Part shown: positions 19,495-29,652 of the stretch, piece by piece
Numbering within the stretch: position 1 is the first letter of the stretch
Layout: each line of letters begins with the position of its first letter
Source: a bacterium
Lineage (GTDB): Bacteria > Patescibacteriota > Patescibacteriia > Patescibacteriales > UBA12465
Direction of reading: 5' to 3'
Assembly: GCA_035402985.1 (NCBI GenBank)
Contig: DAONEH010000001.1
Span: forward strand, 3,123-67,122
Length of the DNA: 64,000 nt
Translations under genes and position numbers: made by a program
Notes under the pieces: generated by a model
The model's input: only the letters and a program-made list of their open reading frames with translations
Told to the model about the DNA's origin: nothing
The model's database searches: none

Positions 19495-21396
19495 TTATTT
19501 GATATTATTGTCAAGAGGAATAAGAACGGCTTTTATTCTTCGAACCCCAGAACTAGAACTTTCTTCTTTCTGTATCTTAAAATAACCTAAATCACCAATA
19601 TTTTTAACATGAGGACCACCACAAATCTCTTTAGAAAACAAAGTTATCGGATTAGATGAAAAATCACCGATAGAATAAACTTTTACCCGATCACCATATT
19701 TACTCTCAAATACTCCGGTTGCTCCAGAAATTTTAGCTTCATTTAAAGTCATTTCTTCACACTGCACATCATATTTTTTAGAAATAGCTTCATTAACCAA
19801 ATCTTCAACTTGTTTTTTTTCTTCTTCGGTCATTTTATCTGGATAAGAAAAATCAAAACGCAAACGTTCAGCTGTAATATTAGATCCTCTTTGATTAACT
19901 TGAGAACCTAATACTTTTTTTAAAGAAGCTAATAATAAATGACAAGTAGTATGAAGTTTAGTGGTTGCTTCACTTTGATCAGCTAAGCCCCCTTTAAATT
20001 TTCCAACACTAGCTGTTTTTGATAATTCTTGATGTTTACAATATTCTTGTTTATACTCTTCAATAAAATTAGCTGATTTAATAATATTTTTTTCAGATAT
20101 AATTTCTTCCGTCATTTCTAGTGGATAACCATGAGTTTGAAAAAGATTAAAAGCAACAAAGCCATTTATTTCTTTTTTAGATTCGGCTAATGAATTTAAA
20201 ATCTTTTCTCCCCGTTCAATCATTTTACTAAATTTAGTTTCTTCTTCTTCTAAATTTTCTAATATAAAAGAAGTATTACGATCCAACTCTTCATAATCAT
20301 TTTTATAAAAATTAATAATTGTTTCCGCTATTTCTTTCAACCATTTATCATTTTTTATACCTAGTTGACGACCAGAACGTAAAGCTCGACGAAGAAGTCG
20401 TCGAATAATATATCCTTGGTCAGTATTAGACGGACTTAATCTTTTATCGTCCCCCATTAAAAAAACTGAAGACTTAATATGATCAGCTATTATTTCAAAA
20501 TATTTTTTATTATCTTCGTATTTTAAACCAGATAATTTTTCAATTTTTTTAATTAATTCTTTTAAAGAATCAATTTCAAAAATATTATTACAATTATTTA
20601 TAGCCATAGCAATTCTTTCTAATCCTCCACCAAAATCAACATTTTTGTTTTCTAATTCTTCCCAACCTGACTCTGTTTTCTTGTATTGCATAAAAACAGA
20701 ATTACCAATTTCTACAAAACGACCACAATCACAATTAGGATGACAATAAGGACCAAACTTAGGATCATGTTCTTGTCCAGTATCAAAAAAAGTTTCACTA
20801 TCAGGTCCACCTAATTCTCCAACGGCTTCACCTCGTTTCCACCAATTTTTATCTCGGTAAGCAAATATTTTTTGAAGAGAAAAATCTATTTTTTGTCCCG
20901 AACCACTTTCTCCCTTGCCTGTAGTTTCTGGACCTTCTTCGGCTATTACTCCATATTTTTTGTAAATATCTTTTAAAATTAAAACAGCTTCTTCATCTTT
21001 TTTAATTTTTTGACCATCACCTACATAAACTGATTGATAAATCCGATTAATATCTAAACCTAATTCTTCTATTAAAAATTCAAACCACCAATTTAATTGT
21101 TCTTGTTTAAAATAATCACCTAAACTCCAATTACCTAACATTTCAAAAAAAGTATTATGACGACCATCACCGACATCTTCAATATCTTCACTCCGAAAAC
21201 ATTTTTGACTATTAACCAATCGTTGACCCGCTGGATGTTTTTCCCCTAATAAATATGGGATAAGTGGTGACATACCAGCATTAACAAAAAGAATACTGGA
21301 ATCATTTTCTGGAATTAAAGAAGCACTAGAAATAATTTGATGTTTCTTTTTGGCAAAAAAATTTAAATATTTTTGTCTAATATCACTAGTAGTCAT
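19495..21396 (-). CDS. alaS: Alanyl-tRNA synthetase, short form (catalytic plus editing domains, no C-terminal C-Ala/DHHA1 region)
   Basis: The N-terminus (FFAKKKHQIISSASLIP..DSSILFVNAGM) and the editing HxxxH motif (HTTCHLL) are present, with CGGPH near the C-terminus. The length is 633 aa against ~870. Confidence 0.85.
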   Translation of the reverse strand: MTTSDIRQKYLNFFAKKKHQIISSASLIPENDSSILFVNAGMSPLIPYLLGEKHPAGQRLVNSQKCFRSEDIEDVGDGRHNTFFEMLGNWSLGDYFKQEQLNWWFEFLIEELGLDINRIYQSVYVGDGQKIKKDEEAVLILKDIYKKYGVIAEEGPETTGKGESGSGQKIDFSLQKIFAYRDKNWWKRGEAVGELGGPDSETFFDTGQEHDPKFGPYCHPNCDCGRFVEIGNSVFMQYKKTESGWEELENKNVDFGGGLERIAMAINNCNNIFEIDSLKELIKKIEKLSGLKYEDNKKYFEIIADHIKSSVFLMGDDKRLSPSNTDQGYIIRRLLRRALRSGRQLGIKNDKWLKEIAETIINFYKNDYEELDRNTSFILENLEEEETKFSKMIERGEKILNSLAESKKEINGFVAFNLFQTHGYPLEMTEEIISEKNIIKSANFIEEYKQEYCKHQELSKTASVGKFKGGLADQSEATTKLHTTCHLLLASLKKVLGSQVNQRGSNITAERLRFDFSYPDKMTEEEKKQVEDLVNEAISKKYDVQCEEMTLNEAKISGATGVFESKYGDRVKVYSIGDFSSNPITLFSKEICGGPHVKNIGDLGYFKIQKEESSSSGVRRIKAVLIPLDNNIK

Positions 21397-21404
21397 ATAA
21401 AAAA

Positions 21405-22427
21405 TTATAATATATTAACTTCTTCTTCTAATTTAAGACCAAATTTAGTTTTTACTTCTTTCTTTATTATTTTAACTAAATTTAAAACATCTTTTTGTTT
21501 AGCTCCACCATAATTAACAATTATTAAAGCTTGTTTATCATATACCCCAACCGTAGCTAATCGTTCTCCTTTTAAACCACATTGTTCAATCAACCAAGCT
21601 GCTGGAATCTTAGCCTGACCATCTGAAATTATATATTTTATATCAGGAAATTTATTTTTTAAATCATCTAAAGTCTCTAAACTAATTAAAGGATTTTTAA
21701 AAAATGAACCAGCATTAGATAATAATGCGGGATTAGGTAATTTAGCATCTCTAATTTTTATTATAATATCAGCTAATTGTTTTAAACTAGGTTCCGTTAT
21801 TTTTTCTTCATTTAAAGTGTCCGAAATTCCAGGATAACTTAAATTTAATTTTTTATCCCTACTTAATTTAAATTCTACCCATAGAATAAAATACTTTCCT
21901 TTTAATTTTCCTTTAAAAATACTATGACGATAAGAAAATTCACAATCTTTTAAATTAAAATATTTTAATTCTCCTGTTTTTATATTAATAGCAGCTAAAT
22001 TATAGAAACAATCTTTTATTTCTGTGCCATAAGCTCCAATATTTTGTACCGGAGCAGCTCCTACTGTACCTGGGATATAAAAAGTATTTTCTAAACCATA
22101 CAAATTTTCTTCCATAGTAAAATTTACTAATTTTGACCATATTTCTCCACTATAAGCTTTAACAATAACACTTTTATCATTTTCACTTAAAAGTTCTAAA
22201 CCTTTTATTTCATTTTTTATAACTAAACCAGAAAAACCTCGATCAGAAAATAAAGTATTAGAACCTCCTCCTAAAATAAAAACTTTCTTACATTTCTTTT
22301 TGGCCCAACTTAAAGCCATTTTTAATTCTTCTATAGTTTTAACAATAACAAAAAATTTAGCTACTCCCCCTATTTTAAAAGTAGTATAATTAGCTAAATT
22401 AATATTTTTTTTTATTTCTAAATCCAT
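21405..22427 (-). CDS. murB: UDP-N-acetylenolpyruvoylglucosamine reductase
   Basis: The FAD-binding PCMH domain (NYTTFKIGG.AK.FV...LGGGSN) and the MurB C-terminal domain are present. Confidence 0.85.
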   Translation of the reverse strand: MDLEIKKNINLANYTTFKIGGVAKFFVIVKTIEELKMALSWAKKKCKKVFILGGGSNTLFSDRGFSGLVIKNEIKGLELLSENDKSVIVKAYSGEIWSKLVNFTMEENLYGLENTFYIPGTVGAAPVQNIGAYGTEIKDCFYNLAAINIKTGELKYFNLKDCEFSYRHSIFKGKLKGKYFILWVEFKLSRDKKLNLSYPGISDTLNEEKITEPSLKQLADIIIKIRDAKLPNPALLSNAGSFFKNPLISLETLDDLKNKFPDIKYIISDGQAKIPAAWLIEQCGLKGERLATVGVYDKQALIIVNYGGAKQKDVLNLVKIIKKEVKTKFGLKLEEEVNIL

Positions 22428-22430
22428 AAA

Positions 22431-23855
22431 TTAAACTTTTATTTTTAACCAATGATAAGCAATTCGAAAAATATCTCCCGCTCCCAATAATAATACTACA
22501 TCATTTGGTCCAATCTTATCAGGTAAATATTTCTCGGCCATATTTAAATCTTTTAGATACTTAACTACTTGTTTTTTATTTATAGTAGTATTATATTGCC
22601 TAATTTTTTCAATTAAATCAATACTAGAAATATGACCTTGTTTTTCTCGAGCTGAAGAATAAATTTCTATTAAATATAAACTATCACTTAATACAAAACT
22701 TTTAGCAAAATCATTTATTAATGCTTCAGTTCGACTAAAAGTATGAGGATGGAAAACAGTAATAATATTTTTATCGGCATAACGTTGTCTAACAGCTTGG
22801 AGTGAAGCTTTTATTTCGCTAGGATGATGAGCATAATCATCAATGATGACAGCTCCTTTATATTTTCCTAAAACATCAAAACGACGAGTTGCTCCCACAA
22901 AAGTAACTAAATGTTTTTTTATAATTTCTAAACTTAAACCCAATTCTAAAGCTGTAGTAATAACTGCTAAAGCATTAGAAATATTATGTCGTCCTGGTAA
23001 AGAAATTTTAAATCTACCTAAATTTTTATTATTTAAAAACAAAGAAAAACATTGACCATTTTCAGTAATTTCTATATCGCTAGCATAATATATTTTTTTA
23101 GCTTTATTTTCTATTATTTTATTATTATCACGAATATAATAAGCAATAGTTTTGCCAGAACATTCTTTAGAAGCTCTAGTAGCTAATTTATCTTCTAAAT
23201 TAAATACTAGCCAACCAGATTTAGGAATTTTTTTTATAAACTCAGCAAAAACTTTAAAGTATTGTTTTTTATCTTTAAAATAATCAGGATGATCAAAATC
23301 AATATTATTTAAAACTACACCTCGTGGATTAAAAAAACGTAATTTATTTTGGTATTCATCTGACTCCGCCACAAAATATTTAGATTTACCTATTAAGGCA
23401 CTACCCTTAAATTGTTTAACATAAGATCCTGTTAAAACATTAGGTTTTAATCCACTTTCTTTTAAAACATAGCCTAACCATGAAGTTACGGTTGTTTTAC
23501 CATGACTACCACAAACAGAAATACCATAATAATTATTAAATAATAATCCTAAGGCTTCAGCATAAGTAAGAAAAGTAATTCCTTGATCTTTAAAATATTT
23601 TAATTCCACATTATCATTAAAATTAAAGGCTGATGAATAAATTACTAAATCAATTTTTTTAGGAAAATTCTTTAAAGAAAATCCTTGTTTAACTTTAATT
23701 TTAGCTTGAGCCAAAGTTTTATCAGTTGGAAATCTATCACTCACATCAGAACCACTAACTACAAAACCAGTACCTTTAAGAAATTGGGCCAACATGGCCA
23801 TGCCTACCCCCTTAATACCAACCATATAGATATTTTTATAATCCGTTATTTTCAT
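22431..23855 (-). CDS. murC: UDP-N-acetylmuramate--L-alanine ligase
   Basis: It has the Mur ligase N-terminus (YMVGIKGVGMAMLAQFL) and P-loop (GSHGKTTVTSW). Confidence 0.85.
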   Translation of the reverse strand: MKITDYKNIYMVGIKGVGMAMLAQFLKGTGFVVSGSDVSDRFPTDKTLAQAKIKVKQGFSLKNFPKKIDLVIYSSAFNFNDNVELKYFKDQGITFLTYAEALGLLFNNYYGISVCGSHGKTTVTSWLGYVLKESGLKPNVLTGSYVKQFKGSALIGKSKYFVAESDEYQNKLRFFNPRGVVLNNIDFDHPDYFKDKKQYFKVFAEFIKKIPKSGWLVFNLEDKLATRASKECSGKTIAYYIRDNNKIIENKAKKIYYASDIEITENGQCFSLFLNNKNLGRFKISLPGRHNISNALAVITTALELGLSLEIIKKHLVTFVGATRRFDVLGKYKGAVIIDDYAHHPSEIKASLQAVRQRYADKNIITVFHPHTFSRTEALINDFAKSFVLSDSLYLIEIYSSAREKQGHISSIDLIEKIRQYNTTINKKQVVKYLKDLNMAEKYLPDKIGPNDVVLLLGAGDIFRIAYHWLKIKV

Positions 23856-23861
23856 ATAAAA

Positions 23862-24950
23862 CTATTTTTTATTATTTATAATCTCTTTTATTAAATTAGT
23901 CATTTCATGATTACCATTTTTTATAACCTGAAAAATATTTTGACTTAATTTATTCTTTAATTCATCGTTATTTAATATTAATTTAATTTCTTTAATAAAA
24001 TCATCACTATTTAATTTTTTTTGATCTAAAATAATAGCGGCTTCTTTCTTTTCAAATTCTTGAGCATTATATTCTTGATGTGAGTCAGGCATTGGAATTA
24101 AAATAGTTGGTTTTTTAAAAAAAGATAATTCGGTTAAAGTAGCCAAACCACAACGCGATACCACTAGATCAGCTAAGGACATTAAAGCTAATAAATCAGG
24201 ATGGTTAATAAATTCTAATTTAAGATAATTTTCATAATCAATATCTTCGTTTCCTTTTATATCTCTCTCGGTAGAACCACTAATATGAATTATTTTAGAT
24301 ACTAACAGCAATTCTTCTAACGATTCCGCTGTTAATTTATTTAAAAAAGAAGATCCGGTTCCCCCACCTATAATTATAATCAAAGGTAATCTTAAATTAT
24401 TTAATTGATACTTATCCAAAATTTCATTTTTATTAAATTTAAAATTATTTAAATCTGGTCCTAAATTACCAATCCATCGGGCTTTAGAACCATAATATTT
24501 TTTAGCTTCAGGAAAAGTTACGGTAATAATTTTAGCTGTTTTAGACATTAATTTATTAGCTAAACCAGGTAAAACATCTTGTTGATGAACAATACTAGGA
24601 ATACCTAAAACCCAAGCTGCCCATGATAATGGTACGGCTACAAAACCACCTACACTAATTATTATTTTTGGTTTTATCTTTAATAATAAAAATAAAGATT
24701 GCCAAAAAGCTAAAAATATCAAAAAAATATCTACTAAATTTTTTAAAGAAAAATAACGACGCCATTTACCACTTAAAATAGCACTATAAGCTAAGCCTTC
24801 TTTTTTAATAATGCCTTTTTCTAAACCAGAATAGGTACCAATAAATAAAAAATCAAACTCATTATGTAATTCATAATAAATTTGTAATAAGGGAGTAACT
24901 GAACCACCGGTTCCCCCACCACTTAAAATTATTGTATCTTTTTTATTCAT
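23862..24950 (-). CDS. murG: Undecaprenyl-PP-MurNAc-pentapeptide UDP-GlcNAc transferase
   Basis: The N-terminal GGGTGGSVTPLL matches GGTGGH.FP.L. It has the GT28 fold and the dcw context. Confidence 0.8.
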   Translation of the reverse strand: MNKKDTIILSGGGTGGSVTPLLQIYYELHNEFDFLFIGTYSGLEKGIIKKEGLAYSAILSGKWRRYFSLKNLVDIFLIFLAFWQSLFLLLKIKPKIIISVGGFVAVPLSWAAWVLGIPSIVHQQDVLPGLANKLMSKTAKIITVTFPEAKKYYGSKARWIGNLGPDLNNFKFNKNEILDKYQLNNLRLPLIIIIGGGTGSSFLNKLTAESLEELLLVSKIIHISGSTERDIKGNEDIDYENYLKLEFINHPDLLALMSLADLVVSRCGLATLTELSFFKKPTILIPMPDSHQEYNAQEFEKKEAAIILDQKKLNSDDFIKEIKLILNNDELKNKLSQNIFQVIKNGNHEMTNLIKEIINNKK

Positions 24951-24955
24951 ATAAA

Positions 24956-26206
24956 TTAATTTCTTAATCTAAGATTATGTTTTTCTGATAATTCTTGACT
25001 ACTAATATTTAATAAAATACCACAAGCCATTAATAAAAATACTAAAGATGTTCCACCAGCACTTACAAAAGGAAGAGGAACACCCGTCATTGGAATTAAA
25101 TTAATCATTCCTCCAATATTTAAAAAAGCTTGAAAGAAAATCCAAACGGAAATACCAATAGCTAAAGATCGGCCATAAATATCAGGTGCTCGTTTAGCAA
25201 TTAAAGCTCCTTTTATAAATATAAAAAGATAAATTAATAATATCACGACTGAACCAACAAAACCAATTTCTTCAGCAATTACTGGAAAAATAGAATCAGC
25301 CCAAACTTCGGGTAAATAATTAAATTTTTGTAAACTATTTCCCAAACCTCTTCCCCATAAACCACCCGAACCAATAGCAATTAAAGATTGACTAACTTGA
25401 TAACAATTATCTTTGTCAAAATCAGGATCTTGTAAACATTTTATTCTAGTTAATTGATAATCTTTAATTAAACCATCATTAGAACTATTAGAAGTATCAA
25501 TTTGATTAGCTCGAGAAAATAACATTACCAAACCAATAACGGCTAGTAGAAACATCACCATTAATTGTTTCATATTACCTCCAGCGACAAAATAAATAGA
25601 TAGAGCAATTATAACTATCAACATGAAAGTTCCTAAATCTGGTTCTAGTAATAATAATATACCAATAAAAGAAATAACCACTAAAAATGGTAATAATCCT
25701 GTAGAAAATATTTTTAAATCATCTTGTCGCGTTTCAACCCAAGCAGCTAAATAAAAAATTAAAAAAAGTTTTACCGCTTCAGCTACTTGAAAAGATTGAC
25801 CAAAAACAATAATCCAACTATAAGAAGTGGCATATTCTGATCTAATTCCAGGAACAAAAACTAAAACTAATAACAAAATTGATAATAATAAAAAGAAAAA
25901 AGAAAATTTTTTAAAAATATGATAATTAACACGAGTTAAAATAAAAAATAATACTAAACCAATAACTAAAGCTATTGCTTGTTTTTTAACATAAAAATAA
26001 GTATCACCTTTTGCATAACCAGAAACTAAAGAAGCACTAAATAAAATAACCAAACCAAAAACCGCTAAAATAATAATAACGCTAAGCAATGATTTATCTA
26101 TCGGTTTTTTAATAAATGATCTACTATTAGTTAAATTATTACTAGATGATTTATTAATACCAGAATTAAACCAATTTGATTTTGTATTATTTTTATTTTT
26201 AAACAT
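24956..26206 (-). CDS. ftsW: SEDS-family peptidoglycan glycosyltransferase (FtsW/RodA)
   Basis: It is a polytopic membrane protein with SEDS motifs (PDLGT, FIGEE-like AEEIGF..., SAGGTS). It sits between mraY and murG. Confidence 0.8.
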   Translation of the reverse strand: MFKNKNNTKSNWFNSGINKSSSNNLTNSRSFIKKPIDKSLLSVIIILAVFGLVILFSASLVSGYAKGDTYFYVKKQAIALVIGLVLFFILTRVNYHIFKKFSFFFLLLSILLLVLVFVPGIRSEYATSYSWIIVFGQSFQVAEAVKLFLIFYLAAWVETRQDDLKIFSTGLLPFLVVISFIGILLLLEPDLGTFMLIVIIALSIYFVAGGNMKQLMVMFLLAVIGLVMLFSRANQIDTSNSSNDGLIKDYQLTRIKCLQDPDFDKDNCYQVSQSLIAIGSGGLWGRGLGNSLQKFNYLPEVWADSIFPVIAEEIGFVGSVVILLIYLFIFIKGALIAKRAPDIYGRSLAIGISVWIFFQAFLNIGGMINLIPMTGVPLPFVSAGGTSLVFLLMACGILLNISSQELSEKHNLRLRN

Positions 26207-26211
26207 TAAAT

Positions 26212-27261
26212 TTAATTAAAAGTTTTATCAGTAAAAAATATCATTAAACCAATGACCGCCATAATTCCAGCAATTAACCAGAAACGCATTACTACTTTAC
26301 TCTCCGGCCAACCCTTAGCTTGATAATGGTGGTGAATCGGAGCTGATAAAAAAACTTTCTTATGTCTAATTTTACGTGATAAAATTTGGATAATAACCGA
26401 AACTGATTCAACTACAAAAATAAATCCAATAAAAGGTAAAATTAAAACATTATTAGTAAGCATAGCAATAATACCTAAAGTTATACCTAAACTCATTGAA
26501 CCAGTATCACCCATATAAAATCGAGCGGGTGGAATATTAAACCATAAAAAAGCTAATAATGCTCCAATAATTACGGCACAAAAAACAGCTAAATCATAAC
26601 GACCCATAACAAAAGAAATAACCGCATAAGAAGAAAAGGATATTAATAGAGTTCCTCCAGCTAAACCATCTAAACCATCGGTTTCGTTAACCGAGAAAGA
26701 AGTAGCTACGAGTACTAGAATAAATACTGGTATATACCACCAAGATATTTCGGTATAACCTAAAAAAGGAATATGAATAGTAGTCCAATCAAGTTTAAAA
26801 TAAAACCATAAGGCACCAATTATTGCAATAAAAGTATAAATAAGTAAACGATGTTTCATTCTAAGACCACCGCCACCTAATACTCCCTTTTTTCTAACAT
26901 CCAACCAATCATCAAATAAACCAATCAAAGCTGAAGCTATTAAAGCACCTAAGGGCAATAATGTTTCTTTTTGTGATAAAAAATTAAAAGTAGAAGAAAA
27001 ACTTCCTGGAATAATTAAATTTAAAATATAAAAAAATAAAATAAGAATAAGGACTGTTCCCCAAATTAAAACCCCACCCATAGTTGGAGTTCCTTCTTTA
27101 TGAGCATGTAATTCACTAAAAATAGGAGTACTACCAGTATTTCTTATTTGTTTGCCTAATTTATGTTTATACAAAAAATTAGTTAAAAATGGTGTACAAA
27201 ACATTGCAAAAACAAAAGCTAAAGTAGCAAAAAATAAAACTCTAATTATTTGAAACTCCAT
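26212..27261 (-). CDS. mraY: Phospho-N-acetylmuramoyl-pentapeptide transferase
   Basis: GTPTMGG, DDW.D, TDGLDGLAGG and MGDTGS are MraY/PNPT signature motifs. Confidence 0.9.
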   Translation of the reverse strand: MEFQIIRVLFFATLAFVFAMFCTPFLTNFLYKHKLGKQIRNTGSTPIFSELHAHKEGTPTMGGVLIWGTVLILILFFYILNLIIPGSFSSTFNFLSQKETLLPLGALIASALIGLFDDWLDVRKKGVLGGGGLRMKHRLLIYTFIAIIGALWFYFKLDWTTIHIPFLGYTEISWWYIPVFILVLVATSFSVNETDGLDGLAGGTLLISFSSYAVISFVMGRYDLAVFCAVIIGALLAFLWFNIPPARFYMGDTGSMSLGITLGIIAMLTNNVLILPFIGFIFVVESVSVIIQILSRKIRHKKVFLSAPIHHHYQAKGWPESKVVMRFWLIAGIMAVIGLMIFFTDKTFN

Positions 27262-27271
27262 AAAATTTTAT

Positions 27272-27685
27272 TTAAAAATTAATAGAATAAATCGAAAACA
27301 AAATTAAAATTAAAAAAATATTAAATAATAATAAAAAAGCTAATAAAAAATGAGACCAAAATTTAAAACTATCATTTTTTAAAAATTTTATTAATATTAT
27401 TTGATTTAAAATTATAAAAAATAAGCTAAAAACTGGAATTAAAAATAAATAATTTTTACTTCCAATTAAATCAATACCAAAATCAACATTATAATGTAAA
27501 ATAGCAATATCTTGATTTAAATAATGTCTCATGATAATAGTAGCTACCCATAAAACTAAATTTATAAATAATAAAATAGCTGAATAAACTTTAATAAAAG
27601 AATATAAAAATAAATTTTTTGCTGAAGTTTTAATGGTATTTGAAAAAGAAGTAAACTGATCGTATATTTTTATAAAAAAATTCAT
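27272..27685 (-). CDS. Hypothetical small polytopic membrane protein
   Basis: It has 3-4 predicted TM helices and no recognisable motif. Confidence 0.45.
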   Translation of the reverse strand: MNFFIKIYDQFTSFSNTIKTSAKNLFLYSFIKVYSAILLFINLVLWVATIIMRHYLNQDIAILHYNVDFGIDLIGSKNYLFLIPVFSLFFIILNQIILIKFLKNDSFKFWSHFLLAFLLLFNIFLILILFSIYSINF

Positions 27686-27783
27686 AAAATAAATTTAAAA
27701 GATAAATTAAGCTAGGTCTTCTCTATTTTAACATATTTAGTTATAATATAAAATATGTTATTATTATAGCAAATAAATAAATT

Positions 27784-28464
27784 ATGAAAATATTTTGTAT
27801 AATTCCAGCCTGGAATGAAAGTCTAAATATAGTCACTACTATTCAAAAAGTATTAAATTATGTTGATTTTTTAGTAATAATTAATGATTGTTCCACTGAT
27901 AATACTTTAAAAAAGGCCCAAGAATTACAAAATCAATATCCAGATAAAATTAAAGTTTTAAGCCACCCAATTAATTTAGGTCAAGGAGCTTCTTTGCAAA
28001 CTGGTAATGATTATGCTCTATTAAATGGAGCTGAGATTATTGTTCATTTTGATGGAGACGGCCAATTTTTAGCTGAAGAAATTATAGATATTATAAACCC
28101 AATAATAAAAGATAATTATGATATTGTGTTTGGTTCTAGGTTTTTAGAAAAAAAATCAAGTATTCCTAAGTTTAAAAAAAATATTATTATGCCTTTAGCT
28201 AAAATATTTAATTTTATTTTTTTTGGTATAAAAACCAGTGATCCTCAGATAGGATTTAGAGCTATGACAGCCAGTACTGCTCAAAAAATAAGAATAGAAA
28301 ATAATAGAATGGCTCATGCCACTGAAATATTAGCTAAAGCTTATAAATATAAATTAAAAATAAAAGAAGTACCCGTTACAGTTATCTATAATAGATATGG
28401 TCAAAAATTTTCTGGTGGTTTTAAAATAATAAAAGATTTATTTTTTAAAAAAATAATTAGTTAA
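27784..28464 (+). CDS. GT2 polyprenyl-phosphate sugar transferase (DPM1/GtrB-like)
   Basis: IIPAWNESLNI (IVPAYNEE.NI), DCSTDNT and the HFDGDGQ DxD-type motif are present, as in Dpm1/GtrB family GT2 enzymes. Confidence 0.8.
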   Translation: MKIFCIIPAWNESLNIVTTIQKVLNYVDFLVIINDCSTDNTLKKAQELQNQYPDKIKVLSHPINLGQGASLQTGNDYALLNGAEIIVHFDGDGQFLAEEIIDIINPIIKDNYDIVFGSRFLEKKSSIPKFKKNIIMPLAKIFNFIFFGIKTSDPQIGFRAMTASTAQKIRIENNRMAHATEILAKAYKYKLKIKEVPVTVIYNRYGQKFSGGFKIIKDLFFKKIIS

Positions 28465-28475
28465 TAATTAATAAT

Positions 28476-28796
28476 ATGATACAACAAATAATCGCTCTAT
28501 TAATTTTAGTTTTTTTTATTTTAAAACTAACTATCCAATGGAGAAAAAAAACAATCAATATAAATGAATTTATTTTTTGGTTAATATTTTGGTTAATTGC
28601 TTCCCTGCTGATAATATTTATAAAACCAATTGATCAATTGGTTATAAATATGGGTTTTTCATCTTCTGGTATTAATTTAATTTTTTATGTTGCCGTTCTA
28701 TTATTATTCTATCTTATATTTAAAATGAGATTAAAAATGGTTAAATTAGAAAAAGATATTACTGATTTAAGTCGAGAATTAACTTTAAAAAAATAA
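28476..28796 (+). CDS. Small membrane protein, DUF2304-like
   Basis: It is ~106 aa with three TM segments and a C-terminal amphipathic helix, and it lies immediately downstream of a GtrB-like GT2. This is the typical DUF2304 arrangement. Confidence 0.5.
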   Translation: MIQQIIALLILVFFILKLTIQWRKKTININEFIFWLIFWLIASLLIIFIKPIDQLVINMGFSSSGINLIFYVAVLLLFYLIFKMRLKMVKLEKDITDLSRELTLKK

Positions 28797-28854
28797 AAAA
28801 TATTTTAAGATAATTTTATTATTCTATTATTTTATTATATCTTATTTTGTCTAC

Positions 28855-28886
28855 AAAAAAGTGGGCATTTAGTGTCCACTTTTTAG
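28855..28886 (+). terminator. Hairpin terminator after the GT2/DUF2304 pair
   Basis: aaaaagtgg gcatttagtgt ccacttttt is a 9-bp stem with flanking A and T runs. Confidence 0.5.
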
Positions 28887-28999
28887 GGTACAGTTCATTT
28901 GGATCTATTTTTATAATATGATCAAATTAGGGGGAGCGGACAGACGGCGATGGAGAGATATAACTTGGCAAACATCGGATAAAATTCCTTAGATCAATA

Positions 29000-29650
29000 T
29001 TATTTCTCCAAAATCAAGTCTCCGGTAGATAACGCTGCTTCATGGGAAGCGCAGCGTGGCCATGGCTGTCCTAAAACATTCTTTGAATCAAAAATAAATA
29101 TAAAACAATCTCCGGGGGGAACCTTACCATAATTGTTTGTTAAAACAAGATCGAAATATTTCCACACGATGCGCGAATAAATAGACCAAGGCTTCATTGA
29201 TGTTTCAACTCTATGGTGTATTACATAAAGATTAGCTTTTTCCCCCTTACATAAATCACCAGATCGAAATTCACGCACCCCCGTTTCGGTTGGCACGCGA
29301 AGAATGTCTTTATATTCATTTGAAAATTCAAAAGATCCGCCAGCTGCGTCAAAAAATGAGCTTAACAAAATATCGTCAACATTTAAGGGTATACCGTCAG
29401 CAATAATGCTCCCTGATTTACTATGCGCAAATAAACCATTTCTTTTTATTTTCAATAATTCGGGGTCAGCTTTTAAAAATATTTCTTCACCGCAAGCAAA
29501 TATTCTATAATCAGTTCTTGATAAAATTTTTCTTTCTGTTAAAGTTTGATTTTTATTTTTTAACACCCAAAAAACAAATATTAATATAAATAATATTATC
29601 GAAATAACTATAATTCTTAATTTATGAATATTTTTTGTTGTCAGCTTCAT
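29000..29650 (-). CDS. Hypothetical membrane-anchored protein (216 aa), part of the higher-GC island
   Basis: It has an N-terminal signal anchor (LRIIVISIILFILIFVFWVL) and a ~180-aa ectodomain with four Cys. Local GC is 45-55% against ~28% genome-wide. It lies 2 nt downstream of the 322-aa gene. Confidence 0.5.
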   Translation of the reverse strand: MKLTTKNIHKLRIIVISIILFILIFVFWVLKNKNQTLTERKILSRTDYRIFACGEEIFLKADPELLKIKRNGLFAHSKSGSIIADGIPLNVDDILLSSFFDAAGGSFEFSNEYKDILRVPTETGVREFRSGDLCKGEKANLYVIHHRVETSMKPWSIYSRIVWKYFDLVLTNNYGKVPPGDCFIFIFDSKNVLGQPWPRCASHEAALSTGDLILEK

Positions 29651-29652
29651 AA

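Noticed and set aside
28797-28999. A tRNA or tmRNA as the integration target at the left edge of the island.
   Set aside because: I could find no cloverleaf-compatible sequence (no GTTCRANYC T-loop and acceptor-stem pairing) by eye. This remains possible and would need tRNAscan to exclude.
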